Part shown: one piece after another, positions 1-12,309 of the stretch
Layout: each line of letters begins with the position of its first letter
Position numbering within the stretch: the first letter of the stretch is position 1
Assembly (NCBI RefSeq): GCF_964213995.1
Contig: NW_027590151.1
Span: 930,001 to 994,000 of the forward strand
Origin: Mustelus asterias
Lineage: Eukaryota
DNA length: 64,000 nt
Reading direction: 5' to 3'
Program-made: the position numbers and the translations under genes
The notes under the pieces: model-generated
What the model saw: only the letters and a program-made list of their open reading frames with translations
Database searches by the model: none
What the model was told of the DNA's origin: nothing

Positions 1-2775
1 CTAAAAAACCTAACAATTCCTCTCTTGTAATGGAGATTTTCTCTAACGGGTCAACACCTCCCTCCGAGACACTCCCGGTTAACACGCCCCTCTCCTTCGT
101 GAATACCGATGCAAAGTATTCATTTGGGATCTCCCCTATTCCCTTGGGTTCTAAGCATAATTCCCCTCCTTTGTCCCTGAGAGGTCCGATTTTCTCCCTG
201 ACAACTCTTTTGTTCCTAACGTATGAATAGAATGCCTTAGGATTCTCCTTAATCCTGCCTGCCAAGAACATCTCGTGACCTCTTTTTGCCCTTCTAACTC
301 CCCATTTGAGATCTTTCCTACTCTCTCTGTATTCCTCCAGAGCTCCATCTGTTTTCAGTTGCCTGGACTTAACGTACGCCTCCCTTTTCATTTTAATCAG
401 ATCCTCAATTTCCCTGGTTATCCACGGCTCTCGAATCCTACCTTTCCTATCTTTCCTTTTTACAGGCACATGCCTATCCTGCAGCCTTATCAATAGTTCC
501 TTAAAAGACTCCCACATGCCAGACGCGGACTTACCCTCGAACATCCTCTCCCAATCAACATCCACCAATTCCTGCCTTATCCGGCTATAGTCAGCCTTCC
601 CCCAATTTAGCACCCTGCCCGTAGGACAGCACTCATCCTTGTCCATTACTATCCTAAAGTTAACAGAGTTGTGGTCACTATTTGCCACATGTTCCCCTAC
701 CGAAACTTTGACGACCTGACCGGGCTCATTTCCCAGAACTAGGTCCAGTATAGCCCCCTCTCTAGTCGGGCTATCTACATACTGTTCCAAAGAACCTTCC
801 AGTACGCATTTTACAAATTCCTCCCCGTCCGGTCCCCCAGCTCTAAGCACTTTCCAGTCTGTGCCAGGGAAATTAAAGTACCCCACTACAACAACCCTTT
901 GTTTTCTGCACCTATCCAGAATCTCCTGACATATCCTTTCCTCCACTTCCCGTGGGCTGTTGGGTGGTCTGTAGTACACCCCCAGCATAGTGACCGCACC
1001 CTTCCTGTTTCTGAGTTCCACCCACAGCGACTCAGTACATGACCCCTCTAAGTTGTCTACCCTCTGCACCGCGGTAATATGCTCCTTAACTAATATCGCT
1101 ACTCCCCCACCTTTTTTAGCCCCTCCTCTGTCTCGCCTAAAACACTTATACCCCGGAATATTCAGCTGCCAGTCCTGTCCTTTTAACCAAGTTTCCGTCA
1201 CCGCAACCACATCCAAATTCCGCACAAGCATTAAGGCCCTAAGTTCGTCTGTTTTACCCGTTACACTCCTCGCATTGAAGCAGATGCACTCCAGACCTCC
1301 AGGCCCAGTCAGGTCCTCCTCCTCCAGAGTGCTCCTTTTCTTAGCTAGCCTTGCCCTGGCCCCCAGCTCGACCCCAGCCTCAGTATTTACTGACCTCCTG
1401 TTTTGTTCCCCACCCCCCTGCCACACTAGTTTAAATCCTGCCGAAACACTCTAGCAAAACTCCCAGCCAGGATATTTGCTCCCTTCCAGTTAAGGTGTAA
1501 CCCATCCTTTCTGTACAGTTGCCATCCTGACTTGAAGATTTCCCAGTTATCTATGAATTTAAAACCCTCCCTCTTGCACCAGTCCTTTAGCCACGCGTTC
1601 AACTGTAGAATCTCCCTGTTCCGAGCCTCACTTGCACTAGGCACCGGGAGCAGTCCAGATATTGCTACCCTGGAGGTCTTACTTTTTAGCCTAGCACCCA
1701 ACTCCCTGAATTTCTCTCGTATGACCCCCCTGCTCTTCCTACCTACATCATTTCCCCCAATGTGTACAATCACATCCGTTTGACTACCTTCCTTTTTAAA
1801 TATGCTTCCTACCCTCTCGGAGACATCCAGTACCCCGGCACCAGGGAGGCAGACTACCATCCTGGATTCTCGTTCAGTCCCACAGAAGCGCCTGTCCGTG
1901 CCTCTAACCATTGCGTCCCCCACAACTATCGCTCTCCTAAACCCCTTCTTTCCCTTCCGGACCCCTGAGCCTGTCTCCGTGGAGGCGATCTGGTCCTCGT
2001 GGCTTACCCCTGGAGGGTCATCCCCCTCCACAGAATCCAAAACAATATACCTATTTTGGAGGGGGACAACCACAGGGGATCCCTCCACAGACTGCTCACT
2101 CCCTTCCCTTCTCCCATCTGTTGCCCATTCCTTTCTTTTATGGGAGACTGCCACTGGGGTACTTTCTGGCACATCACCCTTCTGACTATTACCCCTCCTA
2201 ACCGTGACCCACGTGTCTTCCTTCCGAGACCCTGGTGTCACTACCTGACTATAACTTTTATCTATTAATCTCTCATTTTCCCTAACTAAACTGAGTTCAT
2301 CGAGCCTCAGCTCCAGCTCCCTTACACGATCCTTCAGGAGATGCAGTTCCACACATCTGGCACAGATATGGACTTCCGGGAGGCAAGTTGTCTCCAGGAA
2401 CTCCCACATCCCACACCGAATGCAGTATACTGGCCTCCCACTCATACCAGTCATGTCCTTTTTCGTTTTTGGGATAAAACAAAAAGGGGGTGTAACTGAA
2501 GAAAAACAAACAAACAACCTTCCTCGCCGAAGCCCTGTGAGCCAAAGCCCTTTTAGCTCTCACTCTGTCCCCTGCTCACTCCACTGCCCGCTAACGACGC
2601 TGCCCGCTCAAAGGTGCGGCCTACTTTTAAACCCTCCAAAACCTTCCCAGGCTGCTGCTGGGCCTATTTCCTGTTTAGAAAAAAAACCTCCGATTTTTTT
2701 CACGAATTTAACTGAAAAAATAATTAAATAAATTAGTGCACACACAAGCTCCCTTACCCTCAGCCTGCTCCTGTG
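1..2775 (-). mobile_element. CR1-clade LINE, family A; 5' UTR, ORF1 and start of ORF2 (continues off the window start)
   Basis: ORF1 has CxxC..CxxC and an SGNH esterase. ORF2 frame starts FKLVWQGGG...LECICFNARS (AP endonuclease). Confidence 0.93.
1426..2454 (-). CDS. CR1 ORF1p (zinc finger, coiled coil, SGNH/GDSL esterase)
   Basis: MTGMSGRPVYCIRCGMW..CARC..; IVVGDAMVRG, HIGGND and DGLHLN esterase blocks. Ends QDLN*. Confidence 0.88.
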   Translation of the reverse strand: MTGMSGRPVYCIRCGMWEFLETTCLPEVHICARCVELHLLKDRVRELELRLDELSLVRENERLIDKSYSQVVTPGSRKEDTWVTVRRGNSQKGDVPESTPVAVSHKRKEWATDGRREGSEQSVEGSPVVVPLQNRYIVLDSVEGDDPPGVSHEDQIASTETGSGVRKGKKGFRRAIVVGDAMVRGTDRRFCGTERESRMVVCLPGAGVLDVSERVGSIFKKEGSQTDVIVHIGGNDVGRKSRGVIREKFRELGARLKSKTSRVAISGLLPVPSASEARNREILQLNAWLKDWCKREGFKFIDNWEIFKSGWQLYRKDGLHLNWKGANILAGSFARVFRQDLN

Positions 2776-2779
2776 GAAC

Positions 2780-3280
2780 AATGAGCAATGTGTACTGTCT
2801 CTTGTAGACACAGGCTCTTGTTGGTACAGTATTCATATGTCTAGTCCAGTTCAGTTTTTGGTCAATGGTAATCCCCAGGATGTTGATAGTGGGGGAATTA
2901 ATTGATGGTAATGCCATTTAATATCATGGAGATGATGGTTAGATTCCCTCTTGTTGGGGATGGCATTGGCTGACATTTGTGTGTCGTGAAGTTTACTTGT
3001 CACTTATTAGCCCAAACCTGAACATTATCCAGGTCTTGCTGCTTTTGGACATGGACTGCTTCAATATCTGGGGAGTCATGAACAGTGCTGAACTTTGTAT
3101 AATCACCAGTGAACATCCCTTCCCCACCTCACCCCCCTTTTCTGAGCTTATGGCGGAGGGAAGTCATTGAAGAAGTCACTGGAGTTGGTTGGACCAAGGA
3201 CAGGACTCTGAGGAACTCCTGAAGTGATGCCTTGGGCCTGAAATGATTGATCTCCAACAATCACAACCATCTATACTTGT
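2780..3280 (-). mobile_element. Degenerate LINE reverse-transcriptase C-terminal fragment
   Basis: ILGITIDQKLNWTRHMNTV-like peptide, with stops and frameshifts. Confidence 0.6.
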
Positions 3281-3445
3281 GATCTGGAGATGCCAGCATT
3301 GGACTGGGGTGGGCCCAGTAAGAAGTTTCACAATACCAGGTTAAAGTCCAACAGGTTTATTTAGAATCATGAACTTTCGGAGTGCTTCTCCGTCACCTGA
3401 TGAAAGCTCGTGATTCCAAATAAACCTGTTGGACTGTAATCTGAT
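3281..3445. mobile_element. Penelope-like-element-derived fragment (partly inverted; hammerhead core partly deleted)
   Basis: Same family as 6153, 10014, 13503 and 26965 (caccaggttaaagtccaacaggtttatt; cacctgatgaaagctcgtg). Confidence 0.65.
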
Positions 3446-5016
3446 CTCTATTTGTGTGAGGTGTGACTGAACTAGTGCAGAGGTTTTGCCCTGATTCCCA
3501 TTAACCTCAATTTAGATAGGATTCCTTGTGTTGACCTCTTTTATCCATGTTTAGATCAAGGCTGTAGTGAGTTTAGGAGCTGAGTGGCTCTGGTGGAACC
3601 CAAACTGAGCTTCAGGGAGCAAATTATTATTTTGTAAGTACCATTTGATTGCACTGTCTAGAACCCTTTCCATCACTTTGCTGATGATCAAAATCCTGTA
3701 ACTCTCTTCCTAACAGCACTGTGTAGCTGCACCACATGGACTGCAGCAGTTCAAGAAGGCAGCTCACCACTCCTTTCTTGAGGGCAATTAGCAATAAATG
3801 TCGGCTTAATCAGCAACGCCCAGATCCCACAGAGGAACTTTTAAAAATTAGGAAAGGTAAAACAATGTTATGGTTTTGTGAGGGAAATTGAATACAGAAC
3901 AAAAAGAACTGATGTGGCTGCACTTGGCCAGGCTGGATTTGTCCTGCTTTTTGTGGACAGCACAAACCGGCGCAATCTTTGACATTATTAGGTAGGTGTC
4001 AATACTCCAACAGCACATAAGCAGCTTGCTGGAAAATCATTCAGGAAGTGAAACCTTGTCCATTTTGGAGTTGTCTGACATCACTCTGGGTCTTTGGATT
4101 ACTCGTCCAGTGACAATACCACAATGCCACCATCTCCCCATAAGGTTATTGGTCTCCATGGGGAGATAACAATAGAGATATGTCCAGTGTTGTTTTATAA
4201 TACACATTAGATATAATAATCATGTTTCAGTTATAGAATATATTTATTATTTCCATTCTTGTAATCTAGTACTGTAACTATGTTACATATTTCCAGTCTG
4301 TGACAGATCAGAAGGAATCTGGTTTGAAATTTGAGTCCCTGTCAACTCTCTGCAGTCCAATCCACTCAGTCCCATTCCGTCCTCTTTATCCCCTTACTGT
4401 GTATGTCATTTTCCTTCGAGTGTCCACCCAATATCATTTTGAAACTTTGTCTTCTCTTTAACCATCCTCCGAGACATTCCAGATTTTGACCACTCGCTGT
4501 CAAGATAAAATTCTTCCTCCCATTCCCCCTTCCCACCTCTCTCTAATTAAGAAATGCAGTATTTATACCATATTTTTAGTCCAGTTATATGACCACAGAA
4601 ACTAGAAATGTCTGTGCTGAATGTTAATCCTGCACTGACAGAGACAACTTTTGTAAATTCCTTTTACAGAATATGAGAAGGTGAGGATTTGCAGACAGAA
4701 TTCTCAAACCAAATGTCAGGTGAAGAATGGCCAGAATTGCTCGATCGTCAGGACCTGAATATCGTTGGTCTTTGAATCGAGAAGGAGAATGTTTCTCTGT
4801 TCTGTCTGCTTCAGAAAATTTTAAACGTCAGTGTGACTTGAAAAGCACGAAACACACATGCAAATGAGAGCGTTCCAGTGCACTGACTGAGGAAAGAGCT
4901 TTGACCAGTTAGATAATCTAAAGAAACATTACAGGAGAGAAAGACCATATCTGTGCTGAGGGTGTGGACACCTCAGCTGATCAACAAACCTGGAGAAACA
5001 CAAGGACGCCCGCACC

Positions 5017-6111
5017 ATGGAGAAACCGTGGAAATGTGGGGACTGTGGGAAAGGATTCAGATCTCCATCCGAGCTGGAAATTCATCGACACAGACACACT
5101 GGGGAGAGACCGTTCACCTGCTCTAAGTGTGGGAAGGGATTTACTAATTCATCTGATCTGCACACACACCAGCGAGTTCACACAGGAGAGAGGCCCTTCA
5201 CCTGCTCTGTGTGTGGGAAAGGATTCTCTCGCTCATCCAACCTGTTAGAACACCAGAAAATTCACACTGGAAACAAGCCATTCACCTGTTCTGTTTGTGG
5301 AAAGGGATTCTCGTGGTCCTCCCACCTCCTGGTACACCAGCGGGTTCACACTGGGGAGAGGCCGTTCACCTGCTCTGAGTGTGGGAAGGGATTCACTCGG
5401 TCCTGTAAACTGCAGATGCACCAGCGATTTCATGCTAGTGAGAGGCCGTTCACCTGTTCTGAGTGTGGGAAGGGATTCATTTATTCATCTACCCTGCGGA
5501 CACACCAGCGAGTTCACACTGGGGAGAGGCCGTTCACCTGCTCTGAATGTGGGAAGGGATTCACTCGGTCAGCCCACCTACAGACACACCAGCGAATTCA
5601 CACCGGGGAGAGGCCATTCCCCTGCTCCGATTGTGGGAAGGGATTTACTCGGTTTTCCATCTTGAAAACTCACCAGCGAGTTCACAGTAGGGAGAAGCTA
5701 TTCACCTGCTGTCAATGTGGAGAGGAATTCTCTCGGTTATCCATCCTGCAGACACACCAGCGAATTCACACAGGCAAGAAACCGTTCACGTGTTCTGACT
5801 GTGGGAAGAGATTCTTTCATTCATCCGCCCTGCTGAGACATCAGCGAGTTCACACCAAGGAGAGGCCATTCCCCTGCTCCGAGTGTGGGAAAGCATTCAC
5901 GCAGTTATCCAATCTGCAAACACATCAACAAATTCACACCGGGGAGAGACCGTTCACCTGCTCTGTGTGTGGAAAGGGGTTCACTCGATTATCCCACCTG
6001 CGGACACACCAGCGAATCCACACTGGGGAGAGGCCGTTCCCCTGCTCTGAATGTGGGAAGGGATTCACTCGGTTATCCATCCTGAAGACACATCAGCGAG
6101 TTCACAAGTGA
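5017..6111 (+). CDS. C2H2 zinc-finger protein with 13 tandem fingers and no effector domain seen
   Basis: Open 364-aa ORF of CxxC..HxxxH units with TGERPF linkers. Candidate splice acceptor ttttacag near 4669. Decayed fingers upstream at about 4790-4990. Confidence 0.9.
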   Translation: MEKPWKCGDCGKGFRSPSELEIHRHRHTGERPFTCSKCGKGFTNSSDLHTHQRVHTGERPFTCSVCGKGFSRSSNLLEHQKIHTGNKPFTCSVCGKGFSWSSHLLVHQRVHTGERPFTCSECGKGFTRSCKLQMHQRFHASERPFTCSECGKGFIYSSTLRTHQRVHTGERPFTCSECGKGFTRSAHLQTHQRIHTGERPFPCSDCGKGFTRFSILKTHQRVHSREKLFTCCQCGEEFSRLSILQTHQRIHTGKKPFTCSDCGKRFFHSSALLRHQRVHTKERPFPCSECGKAFTQLSNLQTHQQIHTGERPFTCSVCGKGFTRLSHLRTHQRIHTGERPFPCSECGKGFTRLSILKTHQRVHK

Positions 6112-6152
6112 TTGCAGGGGGTGGATTGTGCTGTTATTGCTGCTGTTAATCA

Positions 6153-6256
6153 CAGTAAGAAGTCTCACAACACCAGGTTAAAGTTTGGACTTTAACCTGG
6201 TGTTGTGAGACTTCTTACTGTGTTTACCCCAGTCCAATGCCGGCATCTCCACATCA
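6153..6256. mobile_element. Penelope-derived palindromic insertion in the ZNF 3' region
   Basis: Perfect 34-bp inverted repeat (6151-6184 / 6189-6222). 9-bp TSD tgttaatca at 6144-6152 and 6257-6265. Confidence 0.8.
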
Positions 6257-7451
6257 TGTTAATCATAACCAGGACTCAACCATGTTCATTCTGACAGTTG
6301 GTGAAATGGGAGGGTTTCTTTCTGCTGGAGCCTCCCAACCTTCCTAAAGAGCAGTAACCTGAGCTGGGCTCAGTGTTCTGTTGTGGCCTCACCAGAGCTT
6401 TAGAAACTATCAGAATAACCTCCCTGCTTTTGTTACAATTCCTCAATTTCTGAAGCCCAAGATCCCAGATTTTCCAAACAGGAACATCAAACAGTTTTGC
6501 CAGAAAATAAAATGCATTTTAACAACATTCTTAAAATGGCAGAAGAAGATTTTGACCAATGAAGGAAGGAGTTGTTGACACAAACAGAAGCTATTTTGAC
6601 CTTGCTCTCTCCAAAAGAGAATCCAGAATGTTTGAGTCTGGGAAATGAAATTAAAAATGAAGCTGCAGCTACAACTGAGCAAGAAGAAGACATTTCAATG
6701 TGGAATTGAGTGGAATATTCTCTCTGGATTTAAACAATGGAGAAACTGCAAACGTGGGAGAAAATAAAGTTCAAAATGTGAACTCTGTACAGACTGTTTT
6801 CAAAATAGAACTTGAAAATTCACAGATGAACAGCAGTGAAGACTCTCCTTTTGCAGGAGAAACTTTGGACTATAATTATTGTAAAAAGAAAACTTTCAGA
6901 AAACACTGCAAGCAGTAATTTCCATCTTCAGTGGACTGAATTCCTGGACATGGAACCCAGCAGTGTGCTGAGTATAAAGAAACTCTTGGGGTGAGGTAAA
7001 AAAATGGAACTAGATTTATATCATAAATCTTTATCGACTGTACTATTCAATTTGTAGTGTTTTTTTAAAAAATTTTATTTAAACATACGGTAAAGTTTGT
7101 TTTTGTTTAACAATGTGGAATCTTGTGATGTAATTCTTTCAGTTAATCACTGGGTGTTCGAATTTCTCTGCAAACGTTAACAGTCCTGACCGGGATCGCA
7201 AAAATTCACACAGTGTTTCAAAACAAATCAAAGAAAAAGATATTTATTCTTCTTCAGTACAAACGTTACACATGAAGAGACCCTCTTCTGGTATCTCCAA
7301 TAATTTGTTGCTTCGAGCAATTCTTTTCATGGAACAATCAGATAATTGATGACTGAAAATTGAACTAATTGTATCCCTTTAAAGCAGGAGGGCGATCGCC
7401 CGGCACAGAGGGGAATTAGGGATTTCTCCCATAGACCAATTGACAGGGATT

Positions 7452-8011
7452 CTACCCTCCAACCACCTGAAGTGAATTCTTTACATGAATCATCCGTGCC
7501 AGTGCAGGTATCAACTTGCAGTTTGGCTGATCAGAAAATGCTTTGTTGCTGATTTTCCTTGTTTTAGGAAGTGACAATGCCAAGGCCAGATCTTGTTTCC
7601 TCCTTGATCGGGATGTAACCCGTGTCCACATCGCCACTTCATTCTTCCACTGGTTGTATGGTTCAGACTCCGAGAGCATCGGCAGGTAATCAGACCCTGA
7701 CAATTCCCACTGCCTTTCAGTCATTTCTCACAAAAGCTGCTGGGATTGTAAACTTCTGTCTGAAATATACTTTCTTTTAGTTTCCAACCTTCACCATTAG
7801 ACAAGCATTTTCTGTTACCATGTTATAATCCTGACAGCCTTGGGGTGGAGTCAATCTTTATTTGGTCTAGATTTGTTCACAGAATCAAACATTACAGGTT
7901 CAACTCTGACTCCAAGTTATATTAGTGAGTCCCACTTTTTACCTGCTCATTATAACTATCTAATCAGTGCCTCCATCTGAATAAACTTCACCTCTATTGA
8001 TATAATTAACA
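7452..8011 (-). mobile_element. LTR retrotransposon 5' remnant (LTR, tRNA-iMet PBS, gag N-terminus); Copia/GalEa-like
   Basis: LTR 7821-8011 is bounded by TGTTA...TAACA. It is followed on the minus strand by TGGTAACAGA (close to the iMet PBS TGGTAGCAGAG) and by gag-like PYNQWKNEVAMWTRVT..KQDLALALSLP. Confidence 0.65.
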
Positions 8012-8039
8012 CCCACAGTCAGACCATCCAAAAGATCAC

Positions 8040-9322
8040 TAATCGGTGTGATTGCCATGGTGTGTCAGCAGCTTGGGTGAACAAGTGAATCCTTTCCCAC
8101 ACACTGAGCAGGTGAATGGTCTCAGTTTGGAAACTAAGGGAAAATAAAATTTCAGGCAGAAGCTTCCAATCTGGTAGGTTTTATGAGAAATTGCTGAAAG
8201 TGAGTGGGAATTATCAGGGTCTCTCCCCAGTGTGAATTCCCTGATGTTTCAGGAGGTCAGATGATGTTCGAAACCTCTTTGCACAGTGAGAGCGCTTGAA
8301 CGGGGTCTCCTCAGTGTGAATGCGCTGGTCGACCCTCAGGTAGGCTCAGGTTTTAAAGCAGCTCCCACAGTCAGAGCATTGAACAGGTTTCTTATTGGGG
8401 GAGGTGCCTCAGTATTCCAGCAGACTGGATGATTGACTGAGTCACTTCCCACACACACATCAGATGAATGGCCTTTCCCCAGTGTGTAATCCTTTGTGTC
8501 TCAGCAGACTAGATAATTGAGTGAATCCCTTCCCACACTCGGAGCAGATGAATGGCCTCGGCCCAGTGTGAATGTGTTGGTTTGTCAGCGGGAGGGATGA
8601 GTGAGTGAATCCCTTCCCACGCTCTGAGCAGGGGAACAGTCCCTCACCCGTGTGAAATCGCTGGTGGTTCTGCAGGGTAGATGACTGAGTGAATCCCTTT
8701 CCACACACACAACAGGTGAATGGTCTCTCCCCATTGTGAACCCGCTGGTGTGTCAGCAGGGCAGACGAATCGCTGAATTTCTTCCCACACTCAGAGCAGG
8801 TGAATGGCCTCTCCCTGATGTGAAGTCGCTGGTGATTCCTCAGGGTGGATGAATCACGAAATCCCCTTCCAAACTCAGAGCAGGTGAACGGTGTCTCCAC
8901 AGTGTGGCTGCATCGAAGGGTTTCCAGCTTCGAGGGACAATTGAATCCCGTCCCACAGTCCCTACATTTCCATGGCCTGAGTGTCTTTGTACATCTCCAG
9001 GTTCAGATGAAGGTTTGACCCCACAGATAACACATACATGGTCTCTCTCCTCACTGTGAATCCTTCAATCTTTTCCAGGCTGTGTAACTGGTTAAAGCTC
9101 TTTCCACAGTCAGTTCACTGGAATACTCTCACTCGAGTGAATGTGTCTCAGTGATTTTCTAGTCACACTGATGTTTAAACAGTTTGAAGGAACAGACAAA
9201 CATTTTCCATTCTAGTTTCAAATGCCGATGGTATTCAGATCCTGAATAATTGGGTGACTCTGTCAGGTCCTAACGTCATGTTTGTTGAGATTTGTGTCTG
9301 TAAATTCTCCCCTTCTAGTAGC
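8040..9322 (-). pseudogene. C2H2 zinc-finger pseudogene, convergent with the 5017 gene
   Basis: ORF 8460-8900 of fingers, flanked by fingers with stops and frameshifts. 5' region resembles that of the 5017 gene. Confidence 0.8.
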
Positions 9323-10013
9323 CTGTGAAAGAAATTCACAAGAACCATTGCTGCCAGTCCAGGATAAAAACTCAGAACAGACAATTCTGGTTTCTGTGAA
9401 ACATTCTTTCCTCTCATCCTTGAAAATTTGTAAATCTCCATCCCAAACACTCTCCCTCCATTCTCACTTTGCTGGACCTGAAATAGACATTGTCCTGAGG
9501 GTGCTGATTCATCCTAATCGACAGATCCGTGCTGACTGTTTCATGTACAGGACACATATTCCTGAAATCTTCACACAGGGTTGTGTCTAAGCATATAGAA
9601 AATTTGCATATTTAGTGGACTAAAAATGTATGCAATATTCAGCACTCTATTACATGATTAGAGATACAGATGGGTGCGGAAGAACATGACTTGGGGAGCA
9701 AGCAATCATGTTCTGGAACTCACTGACAATGAGAGTGGTGGAAGTGGAGACGACCAGTGATTTCAAAATAAATTTGGTCGGGCACTTGAAGGAATTAAAC
9801 GTACTGGGGAACAGGGATATCGAGGAAAAATGGCACTGAGTGGATTCCCCGACAGAGACTTGGCACAGAGTCAAGCTGCTGAATTGATTTATCTTGTGCT
9901 CTGCTGACTCTCTGACTGGAAAATATACAGAGTAGTTACAATACTATTCTGGAATTAAACACAATCAACTGTAATACAAATCCATAAATAACAAACCTAA
10001 TATGCACCATATA

Positions 10014-10214
10014 GTAAGAAGTCTCACAACACCAGGTTAAAGTCCAACAGGTTTATTTGGAATCACAAGCTTTCAGAGCGCTGCCCCTTCATCAGGTGAG
10101 AAGGAGCAGCGCTCTGAAAGCTTGTGATTCCAAATAAACCCATTGGACTTTAACCAGGTGTTGTGAGACTTCTTACTGTGCCCACCTCAGTCCAACACCG
10201 GCATCTCCACATCT
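10014..10214. mobile_element. Penelope-derived inverted-repeat insertion with a minimal hammerhead motif (minus strand, 10063-10099)
   Basis: Inverted arms of about 78 bp. 13-bp TSD tatgcaccatata at 10001-10013 and 10215-10227. Motif UCAC-CUGAUGA-A-GGGGC/GCUCU-GAAA-GC-UU-GUGA. Confidence 0.78.
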
Positions 10215-10580
10215 TATGCACCATATAACAACACCAGACATATCAATGTTGTTACGATCCTCATGGTCACCTTATAATAAACAAATTCCCACAAATCCCA
10301 ATGGAATAAACTGAAAGACAATGTTTCATTTTTTTAAAATTTTACTTTAAAAATTAATCTAAAATTAACATCACTGAATCATGCATTAAGAAACAGTATT
10401 TGAATAGACAGGATAAATTACACTTTACAAAGTTCAGACAATAAAAACAGGTTCCACAAAATCACAAACATTTTCTCCCTCAGTATATTTAGCTCTCATT
10501 CCAGTTCCAGAGAATTTCTCTGTCTCTGTATTTCCCAGGAGAGAAAGAAAGTGTTTTCCTCACAGATGTTGCCCAGAGGA

Positions 10581-10840
10581 TGAAGTTTGAGTCTGTGGTG
10601 AAGTTTGAGTCTGTGTGTGAAGTTGGAGTCTGTGGTGAAGTTTGAGTCTGTGGTGAAGTTTGAGTCTGTGGTGAAGTTTGAGTCTGTGTGTGAAGTTTAA
10701 GTCTGTGGTGAAGTTTGAGTCTGTGGTGAAGTTTGAGTCTGTGGTGAAGTTTGAGTCTGTGTGTGAAGTTTGAGTCTGTGGTGAAGTTTGAGTCTGTGGT
10801 GAAGTTTGAGTCTGTGGTGAAGTTTGAGCCTGTGGTGAAG
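10581..10840 (+). repeat. Minisatellite, 18/19-bp unit gaagtttgagtctgtggt, about 14 copies
   Basis: Direct tandem repetition. Confidence 0.95.
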
Positions 10841-11002
10841 CTACAAACAGAAGCTGTGCTGTTTCAAATCAAACTGCGGGACTTGGAAGAAAATGCTGGG
10901 AAGAGATTTTGCAATCCTCCCAGGCAGCGTACTCCAGACTGTCACCGCCCTCTGGGTAAACAGGCTTTCCTCACATTCCCCCGAAACCTCCTGTCCCTCA
11001 CC

Positions 11003-11430
11003 TAGAACCTATTTTGCCTCATGACTGACCCTTCAATTGAGGGGAATAGCTGCTCTTTATCCACTCTGTCCGTGTATCTCATAATCTTGTACACCTCGAT
11101 CAGGTCGCCCCTCAGTTTTCTCTGCTCCAACGAAAACAAGCCAAGCCTACCCAACCTTGCTTCATAACTTAAATGTTCTATCCCAGGTAGTATCCTGGTA
11201 AATATCTTCTGCACCCCCTGCATTGCAATCACATCCTTCCGAGAATGTGGCGACCTGAACTGCACACGGTACTCAAGTTGTGGCCTCACCAAAGTTCTGC
11301 ACAGTTCCAACATGAGTTCCCTGCTTTTGCAACCTATGTCATGATTGACAAAGTGAAGTGTCACGTATGCCCTTTTCACCACCCTACTAACATACCCTTC
11401 CTCTTTCAGACATCTGTGGACAAACCCGCC
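11003..11430 (-). mobile_element. CR1 ORF2 3' fragment
   Basis: LVRPQLEY..LFSLEQRKLRGDLIEVYKI. Confidence 0.85.
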
Positions 11431-12309
11431 AAGTTCCCTTCGTTCCACAGAACACAAACTACCAAACTTGATGGTCACGTTCTTAACGAGGTCAACACGT
11501 TGATTATCAGCCTGTAAATCCTTTCAGTATTGCTGATGGCAGGTGATGGGAACGGAACCGATACCTGGTCAACAATACTGCAGAAGTCAATGACAGACCG
11601 CTGGAGTACTTTGAAATCACAGAGCGATCAAATGGACATCCATGGTCACCAATGCCCTCTTCGGGCATGGTAACTGGAAGAGGAGGAGGTGGACGACACA
11701 AGAGGCTTAGAGAGTGGACTCTATAAATCAATGTCACTCGGCAATCTGGATAACCAGGTTTGCGCAACGTTTCTCATCAGTAAACAAACCTTCTTAAAAA
11801 TAACGGTGTCCAATGATCCTTATTTGTTAACCAACAAAACCACAGTCTTCCATTATAAGTTAATGTATGTACTTGAAACTTTGATTAAATTAACCCGTCA
11901 GGCCTGCTTCGATAGCACCTTCGAAATCCGGAATCTCTTTCATCTCTCAGGAGAAGAGGAACAGATGCACGAAAACATCACATTCTGCGGCACCACTTCA
12001 AGCCACACACCATCCTCATTTTGAACCATATCGCCGTTCCTTGCGTCAACATTCTGGAAATCGTTTTCTGCTTAGGATTACTGGCAGAGGACAACCAATT
12101 TGAAAAGTATGGAAGGAGAAATGAAAGAAAGTGAGACATTACGAGTGCGAAATACAAAGCCAACTGATGGGGGGAGGACAGAAAGGAAGAGATTCAGAAA
12201 TGACACAGAATGCACTGTTCTTTCAATTTATTTATATTTCCCTAGCGTGTGTTTACATCGTTGAATTGTTTGAAAACACGTCTCTCAATAAAAGACCGCT
12301 GGAGTCTGC

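Noticed and set aside
10581-10840. KFESVV-repeat protein or cryptic RSS array
   Set aside because: The ORF is a by-product of an 18-bp minisatellite that 19-bp units break. There is no heptamer-spacer-nonamer arrangement.
11528-11757. Exon-like segment ending LYKSMSLGNLDNQ|gt
   Set aside because: It has an in-frame stop, no partner exons and no family I can name.
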